A model generated the notes under the pieces. That model did no database searches, was not told where the DNA came from, and saw only the letters and a list, made by a program, of their open reading frames with translations. Shown here piece after piece: positions 49,578 to 58,735 of a stretch of 64,000 nt of DNA. The stretch is taken from assembly GCA_041665365.1 (NCBI GenBank), contig JBAYIY010000006.1, forward strand, positions 19,602-83,601, in the 5' to 3' direction. How positions within the stretch are numbered: the first letter of the stretch is position 1; each line of letters opens with the position of its first letter. This stretch comes from Patescibacteria group bacterium (lineage in GTDB: Bacteria > Patescibacteriota > Patescibacteriia > UBA9570). The position numbers and the translations under genes were made by a program.

Positions 49578-50094
49578 TGTGTGAGATGTCGACGACGTCT
49601 TCATTATCTGTTAATTCTTCGAGTAAGTCGGCAAATTTTTGTAACACAACTGGATCAGTTAAGGGAACAGTGTAAGTTGGTTGATCTTTAGTTTGAAATA
49701 AGTAGCTAACCGAACCTGGACCGCCGAGTTTTCCACCGTACGAATGTAAGGTAGTTTTGATAAATCCGGCGGTACGATTGGTGTTATCTGTGGCACATTG
49801 TACCAGCAAGGCCACTCCACCCGGACCATAGCATTCATAGACGATTTCTTCGATTTGTTGACCGGGCAGCTCACCAGCGCCCCGTAAAATGGCGCGTTCA
49901 ATTACATCCTTAGGCATGTTGCTTTCGCGAGCCGTATCAATGGCTAATCGTAGGCTAGAATTCATGGCGGGGTCTTTGCCTTTCTTCGCAGCAATGCTAA
50001 TATTTTTCGAGAGCTTGGTAAACAAAGCCCCGCGCTTATTATCAGCTGCGCCCTTTGATCGCTTAATAGTTGCCCATTTAGAGTGTCCAGACAT
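49564..50094 (-). CDS. yebC: YebC/PmpR family protein (short form)
   Basis: MSGHSKWATIK, YECYGPGG, TDNTNRT. Confidence 0.93.
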   Translation of the reverse strand: MSGHSKWATIKRSKGAADNKRGALFTKLSKNISIAAKKGKDPAMNSSLRLAIDTARESNMPKDVIERAILRGAGELPGQQIEEIVYECYGPGGVALLVQCATDNTNRTAGFIKTTLHSYGGKLGGPGSVSYLFQTKDQPTYTVPLTDPVVLQKFADLLEELTDNEDVVDISHNAQK

Positions 50095-50141
50095 AAAAAT
50101 TAACCCCAGTATACTCAGTTTATTACTAAAGATCAATATCT

Positions 50142-51137
50142 ATGCTCGATAGCCAAAACATGTTGTCATCAATTGATATGTTAGCCCAGCAAGTTAGTCA
50201 TGCCTGGAAGGATACAGCCAACTTACAATTATCGATTCCAACTAAATCGATTCAACAAGTAGTCTTGTTTGGTATGGGTGGTTCTGCTTTAGGTATGGAT
50301 GTAGTGCAACATTTATATACTGAACAGACTAAAGTACCTTTACTGATAGTTAATGACTATAAAGTACCTGGTTATATTAATGAACACACTTTAGCGATCT
50401 TTTCCAGCTATTCCGGCACAACCGAAGAAACGCTCATGGCCGCGAAAATTGTCCAACAACGCACCAAACATGTCGCCGTCATCACGACCGGTGGATCACT
50501 GGCGCAATTACCTGGGTATATTATCAACCCAACCTATAATCCCTGTGGGCAACCACGGATTGCCGTTGGTTATGCCGTCACTGGTTTGTTACGGATTTTA
50601 CAGCGTGCTGGAATTATTCAGATAACTGATCAGGACATAGACAATGCCATCCATTTTATTGATGGTAATCGGGAGCTATTAAATGATGCGGCCAAGGAAA
50701 CAGCGGAACGGTGTAAAAATAAATTATTACTTTTCATTGGGAGCGAACACTTACTGGGCAATGTTCATATTGTGACCAACCAAACCAATGAAAATGGCAA
50801 ACACTTTGCTGGATATTTTGCCATCCCAGAACTCAACCATCATTTATTAGAGGGTTTAAGCAATCCGGCTGCCACTAAACAATTACATCTGGTCTTGATT
50901 GAATCAAATTTATATCACGAGCGCGTACAAAAACGCTATGACATTACCAAGCAGGTCTTAGATAAACAGGGGATTAGTCATGAACAATTTATTACTACGG
51001 CCACCACCCCATTACAACAATCATTTGAAGTCTTACAATGGGGCAGTTATTTGAGCTTTTACATCGCGGCTGCGCACAACATTGATCCGTCGCCGATTCC
51101 ATGGGTAGATTATTTTAAACATGCGTTGGCTAAATAA
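50142..51137 (+). CDS. Bifunctional phosphoglucose/phosphomannose isomerase (SIS)
   Basis: GMGGSA, SYSGTTEET, QPR, NENGK, PELNHH. Confidence 0.88.
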   Translation: MLDSQNMLSSIDMLAQQVSHAWKDTANLQLSIPTKSIQQVVLFGMGGSALGMDVVQHLYTEQTKVPLLIVNDYKVPGYINEHTLAIFSSYSGTTEETLMAAKIVQQRTKHVAVITTGGSLAQLPGYIINPTYNPCGQPRIAVGYAVTGLLRILQRAGIIQITDQDIDNAIHFIDGNRELLNDAAKETAERCKNKLLLFIGSEHLLGNVHIVTNQTNENGKHFAGYFAIPELNHHLLEGLSNPAATKQLHLVLIESNLYHERVQKRYDITKQVLDKQGISHEQFITTATTPLQQSFEVLQWGSYLSFYIAAAHNIDPSPIPWVDYFKHALAK

Positions 51138-52650
51138 GCTTGGTCCAAGCGCAGTCTTAGGGTTAACCATTGGGCTGTTTATTTGGTATCAATCGATTCA
51201 GACTTTTCCTGACCCCGATGCGTATTATCATGCCAGACTTGCGGCTATCATGCTGCAATCTGGTCTGCCCACCACATTTCCCTGGCTGCCATTAACAACC
51301 TTATATCAACATTTTGCTGATCACCATTTACTGTATCATGTAGCCTTAATGCCCGCTGTGGCATTATTTGGTCCAATTATTGGGGTTAAATTAATGCAAG
51401 TTATATTTGCTAGTTTAGTGATAATTATTTGTTATTTTATTTTGCGCCGGTGGCATATTCCATACCAAGCCCCAGCTCTTTTGCTGTTACTTAGTAGTTA
51501 TCCCTTTCTAGTAAGGATTAATTTAGTAAAAGCTTCCGCCGTGGCGATTTGTTTATTTTTATTGATTCTATATTTTTTATTGCAAAAACGGTATGGGTTA
51601 GTAGGCATTCTAACACTAATTTACACGCTAACTCACGGTGGATTTATTTTAGCAGTGGTTTTAGCGACTGCCGTTTGGTCGGCCGACAGTATCGCCCAAA
51701 TATTTAAAGCAAAACAATATAAACCTATCTTACCAACGGGAATATTTGTTGTGTGGGCAGCCATCATTATTGGAATATTAATCAACCCATCGTTTCCAAA
51801 TAATCTGGCTTTTTTGTGGGCGCAAGTATTTCAGATTGGGGTGGTTAATTATCAGTCGGTGATCTCAGTTGGGGCGGAATGGTACCCATTTCCACTAACC
51901 GAATTAGTCGAAGCGATTAGTGTATTATTAATCGGTGTAGTGGCCACCATTCCAGTGTGGCTGAGGCAGTGGCGTAAAGTGTTAAGTGATGAAAAAGCGG
52001 TGTCTTTATTATTACTCACCCCAGTTTTTTTTATTTTAACTTTACGCTCACGCCGGTTTGTTGAATATTTTATCCCATTACTGTGGTTGTTGATTTGTTT
52101 ATTAGTGCTACCGGCTTGGCAGGCGGGCATTATTCAACCGGTTTGGCAAAGCATCACGCGCCGGCTTGGGCACTGGGCGAAGCTATTAAATATGTACATC
52201 GTAGTCACAACTATTGGTACAATCGTGATTGGTGTAATCGGGATCGGACGCAGTTTTTATCAAGCAAAACCAATTGATCGGTTTGCCCAAGCCGGTGCTT
52301 ATTTACAAAGTGTAGCCGAACCAAATGAAATAGTATTTCATGGGCGGTGGGATGACTTTCCGGCGCTATTTTATTATGCACCGAAAGCGTCATACATGGC
52401 TGGGCTTGATCCAACTTTCCTGTATTTAGCTGATAAAAATTTATATCAACACTGGAATGATATTGCCACGGGCAGGGCTAAACAACAAACGGCTAGTAAC
52501 ATCCGTGATTATTTTCAAGTGCGCTATGTTGTGGTAGATGAATCTGATTCACATACGCAATTAATGTTAGCTTATTTGTTGCGTGATAAAACCGCCAAGC
52601 TAGTTTTTCATCAGAAACCAATGGCAATTTTTAAATTAGTTGAATTATGA
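51121..52650 (+). CDS. GT-C-fold polytopic membrane glycosyltransferase (STT3/AglB-like)
   Basis: DPDAYYH after TM1, many TM helices, GAEW, RRFVEY, C-terminal WDDFP...GLDP. Confidence 0.65.
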   Translation: MRWLNKLGPSAVLGLTIGLFIWYQSIQTFPDPDAYYHARLAAIMLQSGLPTTFPWLPLTTLYQHFADHHLLYHVALMPAVALFGPIIGVKLMQVIFASLVIIICYFILRRWHIPYQAPALLLLLSSYPFLVRINLVKASAVAICLFLLILYFLLQKRYGLVGILTLIYTLTHGGFILAVVLATAVWSADSIAQIFKAKQYKPILPTGIFVVWAAIIIGILINPSFPNNLAFLWAQVFQIGVVNYQSVISVGAEWYPFPLTELVEAISVLLIGVVATIPVWLRQWRKVLSDEKAVSLLLLTPVFFILTLRSRRFVEYFIPLLWLLICLLVLPAWQAGIIQPVWQSITRRLGHWAKLLNMYIVVTTIGTIVIGVIGIGRSFYQAKPIDRFAQAGAYLQSVAEPNEIVFHGRWDDFPALFYYAPKASYMAGLDPTFLYLADKNLYQHWNDIATGRAKQQTASNIRDYFQVRYVVVDESDSHTQLMLAYLLRDKTAKLVFHQKPMAIFKLVEL

Positions 52651-54077
52651 AATGGTATGTGTGGCTGAGCATTGTGCTGCTGGCACTTGGTTTGTGCAGC
52701 TTACAAGGCACAGTTGTTTTTCCTGATCCAGATGCGTTTTACCATGTTGGCGTGGCCCAACATTTATGGGAGTTTGGCTTTGCTAAAACATTTTCCGGAT
52801 TGCAACCCACTACTTTAGGGCAACACTTTGTCGATCAGCATTTCTTATTACATTTTACCCTAGCACCATTTGTGTGGATGATGAGCCCTGGAGTTGGCAC
52901 CAAAGTATATATGGTAGTTGTAGTATTAGTCTGTTTAAGTGTCATGTCTTACATGCTATATTGGATCAAAGCACAGACTTGGTGGGTTGGAGTTATGCTT
53001 TTGGTAGCAACTAACGCCTGGTTATTTCGTATAAATTTAGTAAAGGCCACGCCGTTGGCTTTGATTTTGTTATTTTTATCACTGCTAGCTTTACAAACAA
53101 AAAAATATAAATGGTTACTGCTAATAGGTGGTCTCTATGTCTGGACACACGGTGGGTTTATTTTATTGCCCATTCTAGTTGGAGTTTGGAGCCTGTTAGC
53201 CAAACAATGGAAACCGGTCGCGTATGTATTATGTGGAATCAGTGTGGCTATTTTAGTCCACCCAGCCTTTCCAAATAATCTATTATTTTATTGGGAACAA
53301 CTTGTTCAAATCGGCGCAGTTAATTATCAAACTGTGATTGGGGTAGGAGGAGAGTGGTATCCCTATGAACCCGGTTCATTAGTATTTGGTCATACTATAA
53401 TTTTTTCCATTCTAATAATTAGTCTTGTCCTGCATGTCTTACAAAGACGTCCGTTTACTGTGGCGCAAATATGTTTTTCTATTTACACCGTAATATTTTT
53501 CATTCTCACATTAAAATCCAAAAGATACGTGGAATATTTTTCACCCATGTTAGCCTGCACAGCGGCATTGTATGTGCCAACGGTGATAAAATCAAAAGTA
53601 GAGACACACAATAAAGTAGAGACACGCCATGGCATGTCTCTACTTTTGATTCCCACGGCAATTATGATTGTTGTCCTGGTACCGGTTGTAATTCAAGAAA
53701 TTATTACCGCAAAAACTGATTTGCAATCTGGCCAAGCGTTAACCTATTTACATGGAGCCGGAGAATTTTTAGATACTTTACCACCAGGGCAAGTCGTTGC
53801 CCCCAGTGATTGGGATGATTTTCCAGCTCTGTGGCGAGCCGCACCACACCAACAATTTTTAATTGGATTAGATCCGACTTTTCTATATCTGGCTAATCCT
53901 ACTCGTTATGAAGCTTGGCGCGCCCTCACCTTAGGTGAAGACAATGATGTTGATACAGTAGGGGCAGATTATTATGTGGTAGCCAAAGACCATAAATCTA
54001 TGCATAAACATTTGGTAAAAATTGATGCCGTGACGGTTTATGAAGACGATGAGGCTTGGGTGTTAACAACCCCATAA
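52647..54077 (+). CDS. GT-C-fold membrane glycosyltransferase, paralog of the upstream gene
   Basis: DPDAFYH, GGEW, KRYVEY, WDDFP...GLDP; contains an in-frame REP insertion. Confidence 0.65.
   Translation: MKWYVWLSIVLLALGLCSLQGTVVFPDPDAFYHVGVAQHLWEFGFAKTFSGLQPTTLGQHFVDQHFLLHFTLAPFVWMMSPGVGTKVYMVVVVLVCLSVMSYMLYWIKAQTWWVGVMLLVATNAWLFRINLVKATPLALILLFLSLLALQTKKYKWLLLIGGLYVWTHGGFILLPILVGVWSLLAKQWKPVAYVLCGISVAILVHPAFPNNLLFYWEQLVQIGAVNYQTVIGVGGEWYPYEPGSLVFGHTIIFSILIISLVLHVLQRRPFTVAQICFSIYTVIFFILTLKSKRYVEYFSPMLACTAALYVPTVIKSKVETHNKVETRHGMSLLLIPTAIMIVVLVPVVIQEIITAKTDLQSGQALTYLHGAGEFLDTLPPGQVVAPSDWDDFPALWRAAPHQQFLIGLDPTFLYLANPTRYEAWRALTLGEDNDVDTVGADYYVVAKDHKSMHKHLVKIDAVTVYEDDEAWVLTTP
53595..53646. repeat. 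REP-like palindrome plus partial duplicate inserted in frame in the GT-C gene
   Basis: AAAGTAGAGACACACAAT-AAAGTAGAGACACGCCATGGCATGTCTCTACTTT; encodes KVETHNKVETRHGMSLL. Confidence 0.85.
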
Positions 54078-54112
54078 AAAATAACACCCGGTTTCATACT
54101 GGGTGTTATTTT
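54077..54112. terminator. Bidirectional intrinsic terminator between convergent genes
   Basis: AAAATAACACCCGG-loop-CTGGGTGTTATTTT. Confidence 0.7.
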
Positions 54113-54140
54113 GTAGAGACATGCCATGGCATGTCTCTAC
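54113..54140. repeat. REP-like palindrome GTAGAGACATGCCATGGCATGTCTCTAC
   Basis: Perfect 28-bp core; right flank TGTTTTTA matches the copy at 19468-19515. Confidence 0.9.
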
Positions 54141-54148
54141 TGTTTTTA

Positions 54149-54559
54149 TCAACCAGTACTGACTGAACTGGCACCGGTGAAGTTTAACAAATTGTTAATC
54201 ACATACACAGATACGCCCCAACCAGCCAAAATGATAACTAAACCAATCAAAGCAGCGTAGAGAGTTTTCTTCGCTCCTTCGACTTTTTCTTCATTACCAC
54301 CGGCTGTCATCCAACGGAAACCACCGACTAAAATTAAAACAACTGCGATTAAGGCAAGAATACCCAAAACCCAGTTAATAACACTAATCACCAAAGCTTC
54401 TGGGCTAGCATTGCCTAGAATCATGGCATCAGTGATGCCGGTATTGTCTAACTGATCGACTGTTAACGAGCTAGCGTTGGTGGCCGCAGCAGTTAACATA
54501 CCCACGGCACCTATTCCAAGATAGGCGAAACGGGTGACTGTACTTTTGAACTTATTCAT
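54149..54559 (-). CDS. VirB2/TrbC-like (CPR T4SS-pilin family) protein
   Basis: Signal peptide; INWVLGIL...GGFRWMTAGGNEEKV..AK...IGLVIIL two-helix hairpin. Confidence 0.85.
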   Translation of the reverse strand: MNKFKSTVTRFAYLGIGAVGMLTAAATNASSLTVDQLDNTGITDAMILGNASPEALVISVINWVLGILALIAVVLILVGGFRWMTAGGNEEKVEGAKKTLYAALIGLVIILAGWGVSVYVINNLLNFTGASSVSTG

Positions 54560-54667
54560 AGTGTTCTTTAAGTATTAAATTAATTATTAATGGAACTATA
54601 CATAGATTAAACGATTTTGTAAAGACTAGGTTGACTTCTCGGGAATTGTAATGGTAAAGTACACACC

Positions 54668-54982
54668 ATGAAACGCTTGGCTTTTAGTTTGGAGTTCGAT
54701 TCAGATAAAACGCTGCAAACCTATACGAAGCTTGGAAATACCGATCCGGTATCCATTGTGTTCACAATTGTAAATACAGCCTTAGTATTTTTAGGTGTAG
54801 TAACATTAGTACTTATTATAGTGGCTGGCTTCTTATGGCTAACGGCCGGTGGTAATGAAGAACAAATTAAAAAATCCAAAGACATTATGAAAGGTGCTGT
54901 GATTGGTTTGGTGATAGTGTTAGGTTCCTACGGTATTGCTCAATATCTCTTTACCGCCATTCAATTAGCCACTACTAGTTAA
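54668..54982 (+). CDS. VirB2/TrbC-like pilin
   Basis: AGFLWLTAGGNEEQIKKSK...IGLVIVLGSY. Confidence 0.85.
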   Translation: MKRLAFSLEFDSDKTLQTYTKLGNTDPVSIVFTIVNTALVFLGVVTLVLIIVAGFLWLTAGGNEEQIKKSKDIMKGAVIGLVIVLGSYGIAQYLFTAIQLATTS

Positions 54983-54985
54983 TTT

Positions 54986-55387
54986 ATGCACATACGTTTA
55001 CCTCTATTATTATCGTCACTGACCATCATGGTTGGTGTAACATTAAGCTCTATATCAGTAGATGCCGCGAGTATTTCAATCGACCCATTAGGAGGTACTG
55101 AGTTTTACGGCAGTCTAAGTGATACTGGTTTAGGTACAGCCGATCCGGTCACGGTAGCGTCACAGATTGTGAATGTGTTCTTACGTTTGTTAGGAGCCAT
55201 TACCGTTATGTTAATGATTTACGGTGGTTGGACATGGATTTGGGCGCGTGGTAATCAAGAAGAGGTTACCAAAGCCAAAGAAATTATTACCGGTGCTGTA
55301 ATTGGCCTAGTGATTGTACTGGCATCATTTGGTATTATGCAATATCTGTTTTATTATTTGACCAAAATTACCAATGCGGTTAAGTAG
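54986..55387 (+). CDS. VirB2/TrbC-like pilin
   Basis: YGGWTWIWARGNQEEVTKAK...IGLVIVLASF. Confidence 0.85.
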   Translation: MHIRLPLLLSSLTIMVGVTLSSISVDAASISIDPLGGTEFYGSLSDTGLGTADPVTVASQIVNVFLRLLGAITVMLMIYGGWTWIWARGNQEEVTKAKEIITGAVIGLVIVLASFGIMQYLFYYLTKITNAVK

Positions 55388-56228
55388 ATGGATTTTTTTG
55401 GTTTGTTTGCTAGTAGCGCCAGTTTGGGTTAGAGCCGCCGATGCACCCTCTGACACTGAAATTGAAATGAGCGCCGGTTCTACTTCTGCCACAGCTGGTG
55501 TACAATTTGATCCGTCAAAAAATATTATTGGTAATCCGGATAATGATCAAAAATTATCAGTTGGATCAGTTTTGAGATTAACTTATTTATCCGGTGCATC
55601 AGATCCGTTATCTATTACCATCAATGTAATAAATGTGGCTTTAAGTTTTTTAGGATTAACATCATTAATAATGATGTTATATGCAGGATTAAAGTGGTTT
55701 TTTGCTCGGGAAAATGAGGAAGAAGCCACCAAGGCCAAAGAGATTATTATTGGTGCCGTGATCGGCTTGGTCATTACACTGGGGTCGTACGGTATTGTAC
55801 AACTATTATTTAGTCAATTTACAATTGCTACAGCATTTATCAAATCGATCATTCCGATAGCTTATGCTGATAGCGGAGTGACAATAGAACCAGCGACATT
55901 GCCATTTGATCCAAGTAAGGCCTCTGGTGGCTATGTGGCCGTAACTAGGGCAAGCTTAGTGCCAATTACAGGCATTAATTTAGGAAAAACTGATCCTTTA
56001 TCTGTAACCATTAATGTGGTTAATATTTTACTATCATTATTAGCCACTGCCTTTTTGGGTTTGATGTTGTATACTGGTGGTGTGTGGGTTTGGGCACGAG
56101 GTAACGAAGAAATAATCTTGCGGGCGCGGGATACATTGTTTCGGGCTGTGCTCGGGTTAGTTATTGTGCTCGGAGCATACGGCATTGCTGAATTAGTGTT
56201 TACTTTAATTAGTCAGCAAACAACCTAA
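55374..56228 (+). CDS. Tandem double-domain VirB2/TrbC-like pilin
   Basis: Two DPLS.TINV.N...W..AR.NEE...A units; internal IAYAD resembles a signal-cleavage site. Confidence 0.8.
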   Translation: MRLSRWIFLVCLLVAPVWVRAADAPSDTEIEMSAGSTSATAGVQFDPSKNIIGNPDNDQKLSVGSVLRLTYLSGASDPLSITINVINVALSFLGLTSLIMMLYAGLKWFFARENEEEATKAKEIIIGAVIGLVITLGSYGIVQLLFSQFTIATAFIKSIIPIAYADSGVTIEPATLPFDPSKASGGYVAVTRASLVPITGINLGKTDPLSVTINVVNILLSLLATAFLGLMLYTGGVWVWARGNEEIILRARDTLFRAVLGLVIVLGAYGIAELVFTLISQQTT

Positions 56229-56234
56229 TTTATT

Positions 56235-56639
56235 ATGATGCGAAGAATAATATTAAGTGGTTTTATCCTATTAGTTAGTGCCCAACAGACACTGGCAGTT
56301 GGTTTTCTGCCAACCAATGATGATACTGGGTTGCTAAACACAACAGCTTCAAACTCATTAGCCTTAGGGAAAGCTCAACCAACCACAGTGGCGTTAAATC
56401 TAATAAATGCCGGACTGTCATTGTTGGCGGCGGTGTGCGTGGGGTTATTAATTTATGCTGGGTTCTTATGGGTGTGGGCCAGGGGAAATACAGAAGAAGT
56501 AAAAAAAGCCAAAGATATTCTCACTGGTACAGTACTTGGTTTAATTGTAATATTGGCGTCATTGGGAATAACTCGATTTGTGTTTACGACAGTAGGAAAC
56601 ATTACCGGCGCAACCATCGTTAATAACGCATCTGAATAA
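56235..56639 (+). CDS. VirB2/TrbC-like pilin
   Basis: YAGFLWVWARGNTEEVKKAKDIL. Confidence 0.85.
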   Translation: MMRRIILSGFILLVSAQQTLAVGFLPTNDDTGLLNTTASNSLALGKAQPTTVALNLINAGLSLLAAVCVGLLIYAGFLWVWARGNTEEVKKAKDILTGTVLGLIVILASLGITRFVFTTVGNITGATIVNNASE

Positions 56640-56648
56640 GATACATAT

Positions 56649-57026
56649 ATGATAAAAAAAATATCCTCAATCTTAATAACTAGTTCATTAATCGCATTGC
56701 CGTTGTTATCACTGGCTGAATATACTCCACAAGCCGTGGTGTTCGATCCAAACTCAAATGTGGAAAGAAACACTGGTTTAGGAAACGCTACACCAGGTGG
56801 TATTGCCGCCGGCGTAATTAATTGGGTATTGGGTATACTAGCCTTACTAGCGATTTGTTTAGTAATTTACGGTGGAATTTTATGGATGACATCGGCCGGC
56901 AATGAGGAACAAGTGAAAAAAGCCAAAGATATACTTTTTGGTGCGTTAATTGGCGTGGTAATTATTTTAGCATCCTATGGTGCTACCCAATATGTCTTTA
57001 CGAACCTGGTCGATATTACTACTTAA
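56649..57026 (+). CDS. VirB2/TrbC-like pilin
   Basis: YGGILWMTSAGNEEQVKKAKDIL. Confidence 0.85.
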   Translation: MIKKISSILITSSLIALPLLSLAEYTPQAVVFDPNSNVERNTGLGNATPGGIAAGVINWVLGILALLAICLVIYGGILWMTSAGNEEQVKKAKDILFGALIGVVIILASYGATQYVFTNLVDITT

Positions 57027-57390
57027 CTTTTTATTAGTTGGTGTTTTACCAATTATTCCGGCGTTGGCTTATGAACAGCGGCCGTTGGATTATTATCAAA
57101 ATGATATTCAGGTCAATACCGGCTTAGGTGGCTATGATAATGTTGGTAGTGAAGGGCCAGTGGAGACAGCCTCGCGGGCAATCAATATATTACTTGGTTT
57201 ACTAGGTACATTAACTTTGTGTTTAGTTATTTACGCCGGCTTTTTGTGGATGACAGCACAAGGTAATGAGGAACAAGCCAAAAAAGCCAAAGATATTTTA
57301 TCTGGTGCTGTGATTGGAATAGTCATCATTCTCGCCTCCTACGGAATAACCAATTACGTTTTTAGGAGTTTAGTGAATATCACAAACTAA
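56992..57390 (+). CDS. VirB2/TrbC-like pilin (start uncertain)
   Basis: YAGFLWMTAQGNEEQAKKAKDIL. Confidence 0.82.
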   Translation: MSLRTWSILLLNFLLVGVLPIIPALAYEQRPLDYYQNDIQVNTGLGGYDNVGSEGPVETASRAINILLGLLGTLTLCLVIYAGFLWMTAQGNEEQAKKAKDILSGAVIGIVIILASYGITNYVFRSLVNITN

Positions 57391-57408
57391 CACTACAAAT
57401 AATAAGCC

Positions 57409-57437
57409 AAATATCTGTAGTAGTACTACAGATATTT
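57409..57437. repeat. 29-bp AT-rich palindrome after the pilin operon
   Basis: AAATATCTGTAGTA-G-TACTACAGATATTT. Confidence 0.7.
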
Positions 57438-57470
57438 TGATAAAATTCTGTAGTTTCACTAAATTAATCT

Positions 57471-57589
57471 TCCCGGAATACACCTCCCCAACCCTCCTAT
57501 TCTAGGAGGGAGCAAGAAATAATCTAATTCTTTATCTTACCCTTCCTACAATAGGAAGGGTGCTCGAGTCCGCGAGGGCGGGATGGTGT
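57471..57589. repeat. ~120-bp double-hairpin element upstream of the DUF559 gene
   Basis: CCCTCCTATTCTAGGAGGG and CCCTTCCTACAATAGGAAGGG hairpins; homologous to 8998-9117. Confidence 0.85.
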
Positions 57590-57610
57590 TCTGAGATTCA
57601 AGACTTCAAG

Positions 57611-57678
57611 TTGACAGTACTGATTTTTATTGATAACCTTTATCAATAAAGAGCGCCACCTAAGATTGGGGCGCTTTT
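57611..57678 (+). promoter_or_regulatory. Promoter plus conserved nuclease-leader hairpin (DUF559)
   Basis: TTGACA-17-TAACCT; inverted repeat TTTATTGATAA-CCT-TTATCAATAAA over the -10; AAAGAGCGCC-ACCTAAGATTGG-GGCGCTTTT-ATG. Confidence 0.7.
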
Positions 57679-58050
57679 ATGTATATACGATCGTCGAATC
57701 GAAATATTCTTCAATATGATCAGAAGCTTAGATGGATTGCAAAATCATTGAGAAAAAATGCTACAGAAGCTGAACGGTTACTCTGGCAAGAATTACGATC
57801 CAGAAAACTTGGTTACAAGTTTAGACGTCAACATGCACTCCATGGTTACATTGTTGATTTTTATTGTTACGCAAAAATGTTAGTAATTGAAGTTGATGGA
57901 TCTATTCATGATGCTAAAATAGATCATGATCGCTCAAAAGATGACATTTTAAAATTAAACGGTTTCAAAGTGATTCGGTTCACAAATGAAGCAGTTATAT
58001 ACCATCTCACAGAAGTCACAAATACCATACAGCATTATCTAGCTCAATAA
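57679..58050 (+). CDS. DUF559 (Vsr-like) endonuclease domain protein
   Basis: LRKNATEAERLLW, KFRRQH, YIVDFYC, IEVDGSIH, VIRFTN. Confidence 0.92.
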   Translation: MYIRSSNRNILQYDQKLRWIAKSLRKNATEAERLLWQELRSRKLGYKFRRQHALHGYIVDFYCYAKMLVIEVDGSIHDAKIDHDRSKDDILKLNGFKVIRFTNEAVIYHLTEVTNTIQHYLAQ

Positions 58051-58057
58051 ATGCTCC

Positions 58058-58096
58058 TGCTCCCTTCCTACAATAGGAAGGGCTGGGGATGGTGTA
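58058..58096. repeat. Single-hairpin unit downstream of DUF559, inverted relative to 57479-57513
   Basis: TGCTCCCTTCCTACAATAGGAAGGGCTGGGGATGGTGTA. Confidence 0.85.
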
Positions 58097-58098
58097 CT

Positions 58099-58725
58099 CT
58101 AAGCCCCCGTCGCTGTTTGGAATATACTAAACGTGAAACTGAGTAAGGCGTAGCTAGCTAGCACTACGGCTAATCCAATTACTGCCCAAATTAGTATTTT
58201 TTTGCCTTTAGTGACCATTTCTTCATTTCCATGGGAAAAGATTAAATTCATTCCGCCCCACACAAACATCAACAAAGCTAGTGAACCAACAATACCCAAT
58301 AATATTTGAATAAGAATCGCAATTATTACGGTGATAGAGGCTTGTGATGTTGAACCAAACGGTGGTTTCAAGAAAGTAGGTTTTGTAACGGAAGTGGGTG
58401 TAGTTGGCGTTGTAGTAGTGGTAGTAGTCGTTGGACTAATTGTACAAGAACTACACGTGGTATCGCATGCAGAAGTATCATTAAGTGGATCACACTTATC
58501 AGTATAACATGCAGTTAGATCGAATGTTGGATCGAAACTGGGATCGGTCGGGTCAAGATCTAAAGCGTCGCAGGTAGCTTCACAGGACGCTACTTCTGCC
58601 GCTGCTTTATCTTCACATTTATTCAGACAATCTTTGCATTCGTCAGCCTGTACGGGTGCTTTTGGTACGCCAAGCAACACAACTACTAGGCTTAATAAAA
58701 GTGGAAACAAGAATTTGTATGGCAT
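58099..58725 (-). CDS. Pilin-family protein with N-terminal Cys-rich acidic domain and Thr/Pro linker
   Basis: CxxCxxxC motifs, poly-Thr, C-terminal WGGMNLIFSHGNEE..KGK..W. Confidence 0.8.
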   Translation of the reverse strand: MPYKFLFPLLLSLVVVLLGVPKAPVQADECKDCLNKCEDKAAAEVASCEATCDALDLDPTDPSFDPTFDLTACYTDKCDPLNDTSACDTTCSSCTISPTTTTTTTTPTTPTSVTKPTFLKPPFGSTSQASITVIIAILIQILLGIVGSLALLMFVWGGMNLIFSHGNEEMVTKGKKILIWAVIGLAVVLASYALLSFTFSIFQTATGA

Positions 58726-58735
58726 GGTCTTACAA

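Noticed and set aside
13625-54140. Repeated 28-bp palindromes as a CRISPR array
   Set aside because: Copies are dispersed over 40 kb with no regular spacers, and no cas genes are present
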